The translations under genes were made by a program, and so were the position numbers. Source: Octopus sinensis (taxonomy: Eukaryota). From it: DNA of 64,000 nt. The stretch's first letter is position 1, and the number at the start of each line of letters is the position of its first letter. Positions 63,761 to 64,000 of this stretch are shown here, in pieces. Below the pieces are notes generated by a model, which saw only the letters and a program-made list of their open reading frames with translations, did not search any database and had not been told where the DNA came from. The stretch lies in contig NC_043011.1 in NCBI RefSeq assembly GCF_006345805.1, forward strand, positions 32,562,464 to 32,626,463. The letters are read 5' to 3'.

Positions 63761-63990
63761 TGTGTGTGTGTACATATTCTTTCACTTCATTCAGTCATTA
63801 GACTGCGGCCATGCTGGGGCACCACCTTGAAGGATTTAAGTTAAACATATCGATCCCGGTACTCAATTTTTTTCTTTTGAAGCTTGGTATTTGATCTATC
63901 GGACTCCCTTGCCGAACCGCTAGGTTAACTGGGATGTAAACACACCAACACCGGTTGTCAAGCGGTGGTGGGAGATAAACACAAACATAA
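63520..63990 (-). mobile_element. Two partial diverged SINE type A copies
   Basis: Head portion about 63525-63690 and tail portion about 63775-63990. Confidence 0.7.
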
Positions 63991-64000
63991 AGATGATCGG

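Overview
AT-rich, repeat-saturated eukaryotic non-coding DNA. From its tRNA-derived SINE families and microsatellite load it looks like an Octopus intron or intergenic region (inferred from recalled repeat sequences, not a database search). No host protein-coding gene can be supported, and nearly all track ORFs are microsatellite or SINE read-throughs. The window holds about 50 copies or fragments of four SINE types (labelled A-D here). It also holds decayed retrotransposon remnants: RTE, two R4/Dong-like, HERO-like, and a Penelope-like RT plus GIY-YIG element. DNA transposon remnants include three Tc1/mariner, a Tigger fragment, several MITEs and Helitron-type elements. There is an 84-bp minisatellite, several long fold-back palindromes and a 100-N gap. 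The most notable signal is a set of short non-coding elements, mostly inserted in (TA)n tracts, that carry type I hammerhead ribozyme motifs. Their helix sequences differ while pairing is preserved: one intact at 57657-57691, near-intact at 34631-34668 and 34885-34937, and variant or decayed at 22600, 23955, 27302, 34242 and 56099. One of them lies in the 3' part of a tRNA-headed SINE-like element. A separate set of elements (SINE C, a 555-bp element and Dong/R4) clusters in (ATT)n tracts. SINE boundaries are approximate unless a TSD or TIR is cited.
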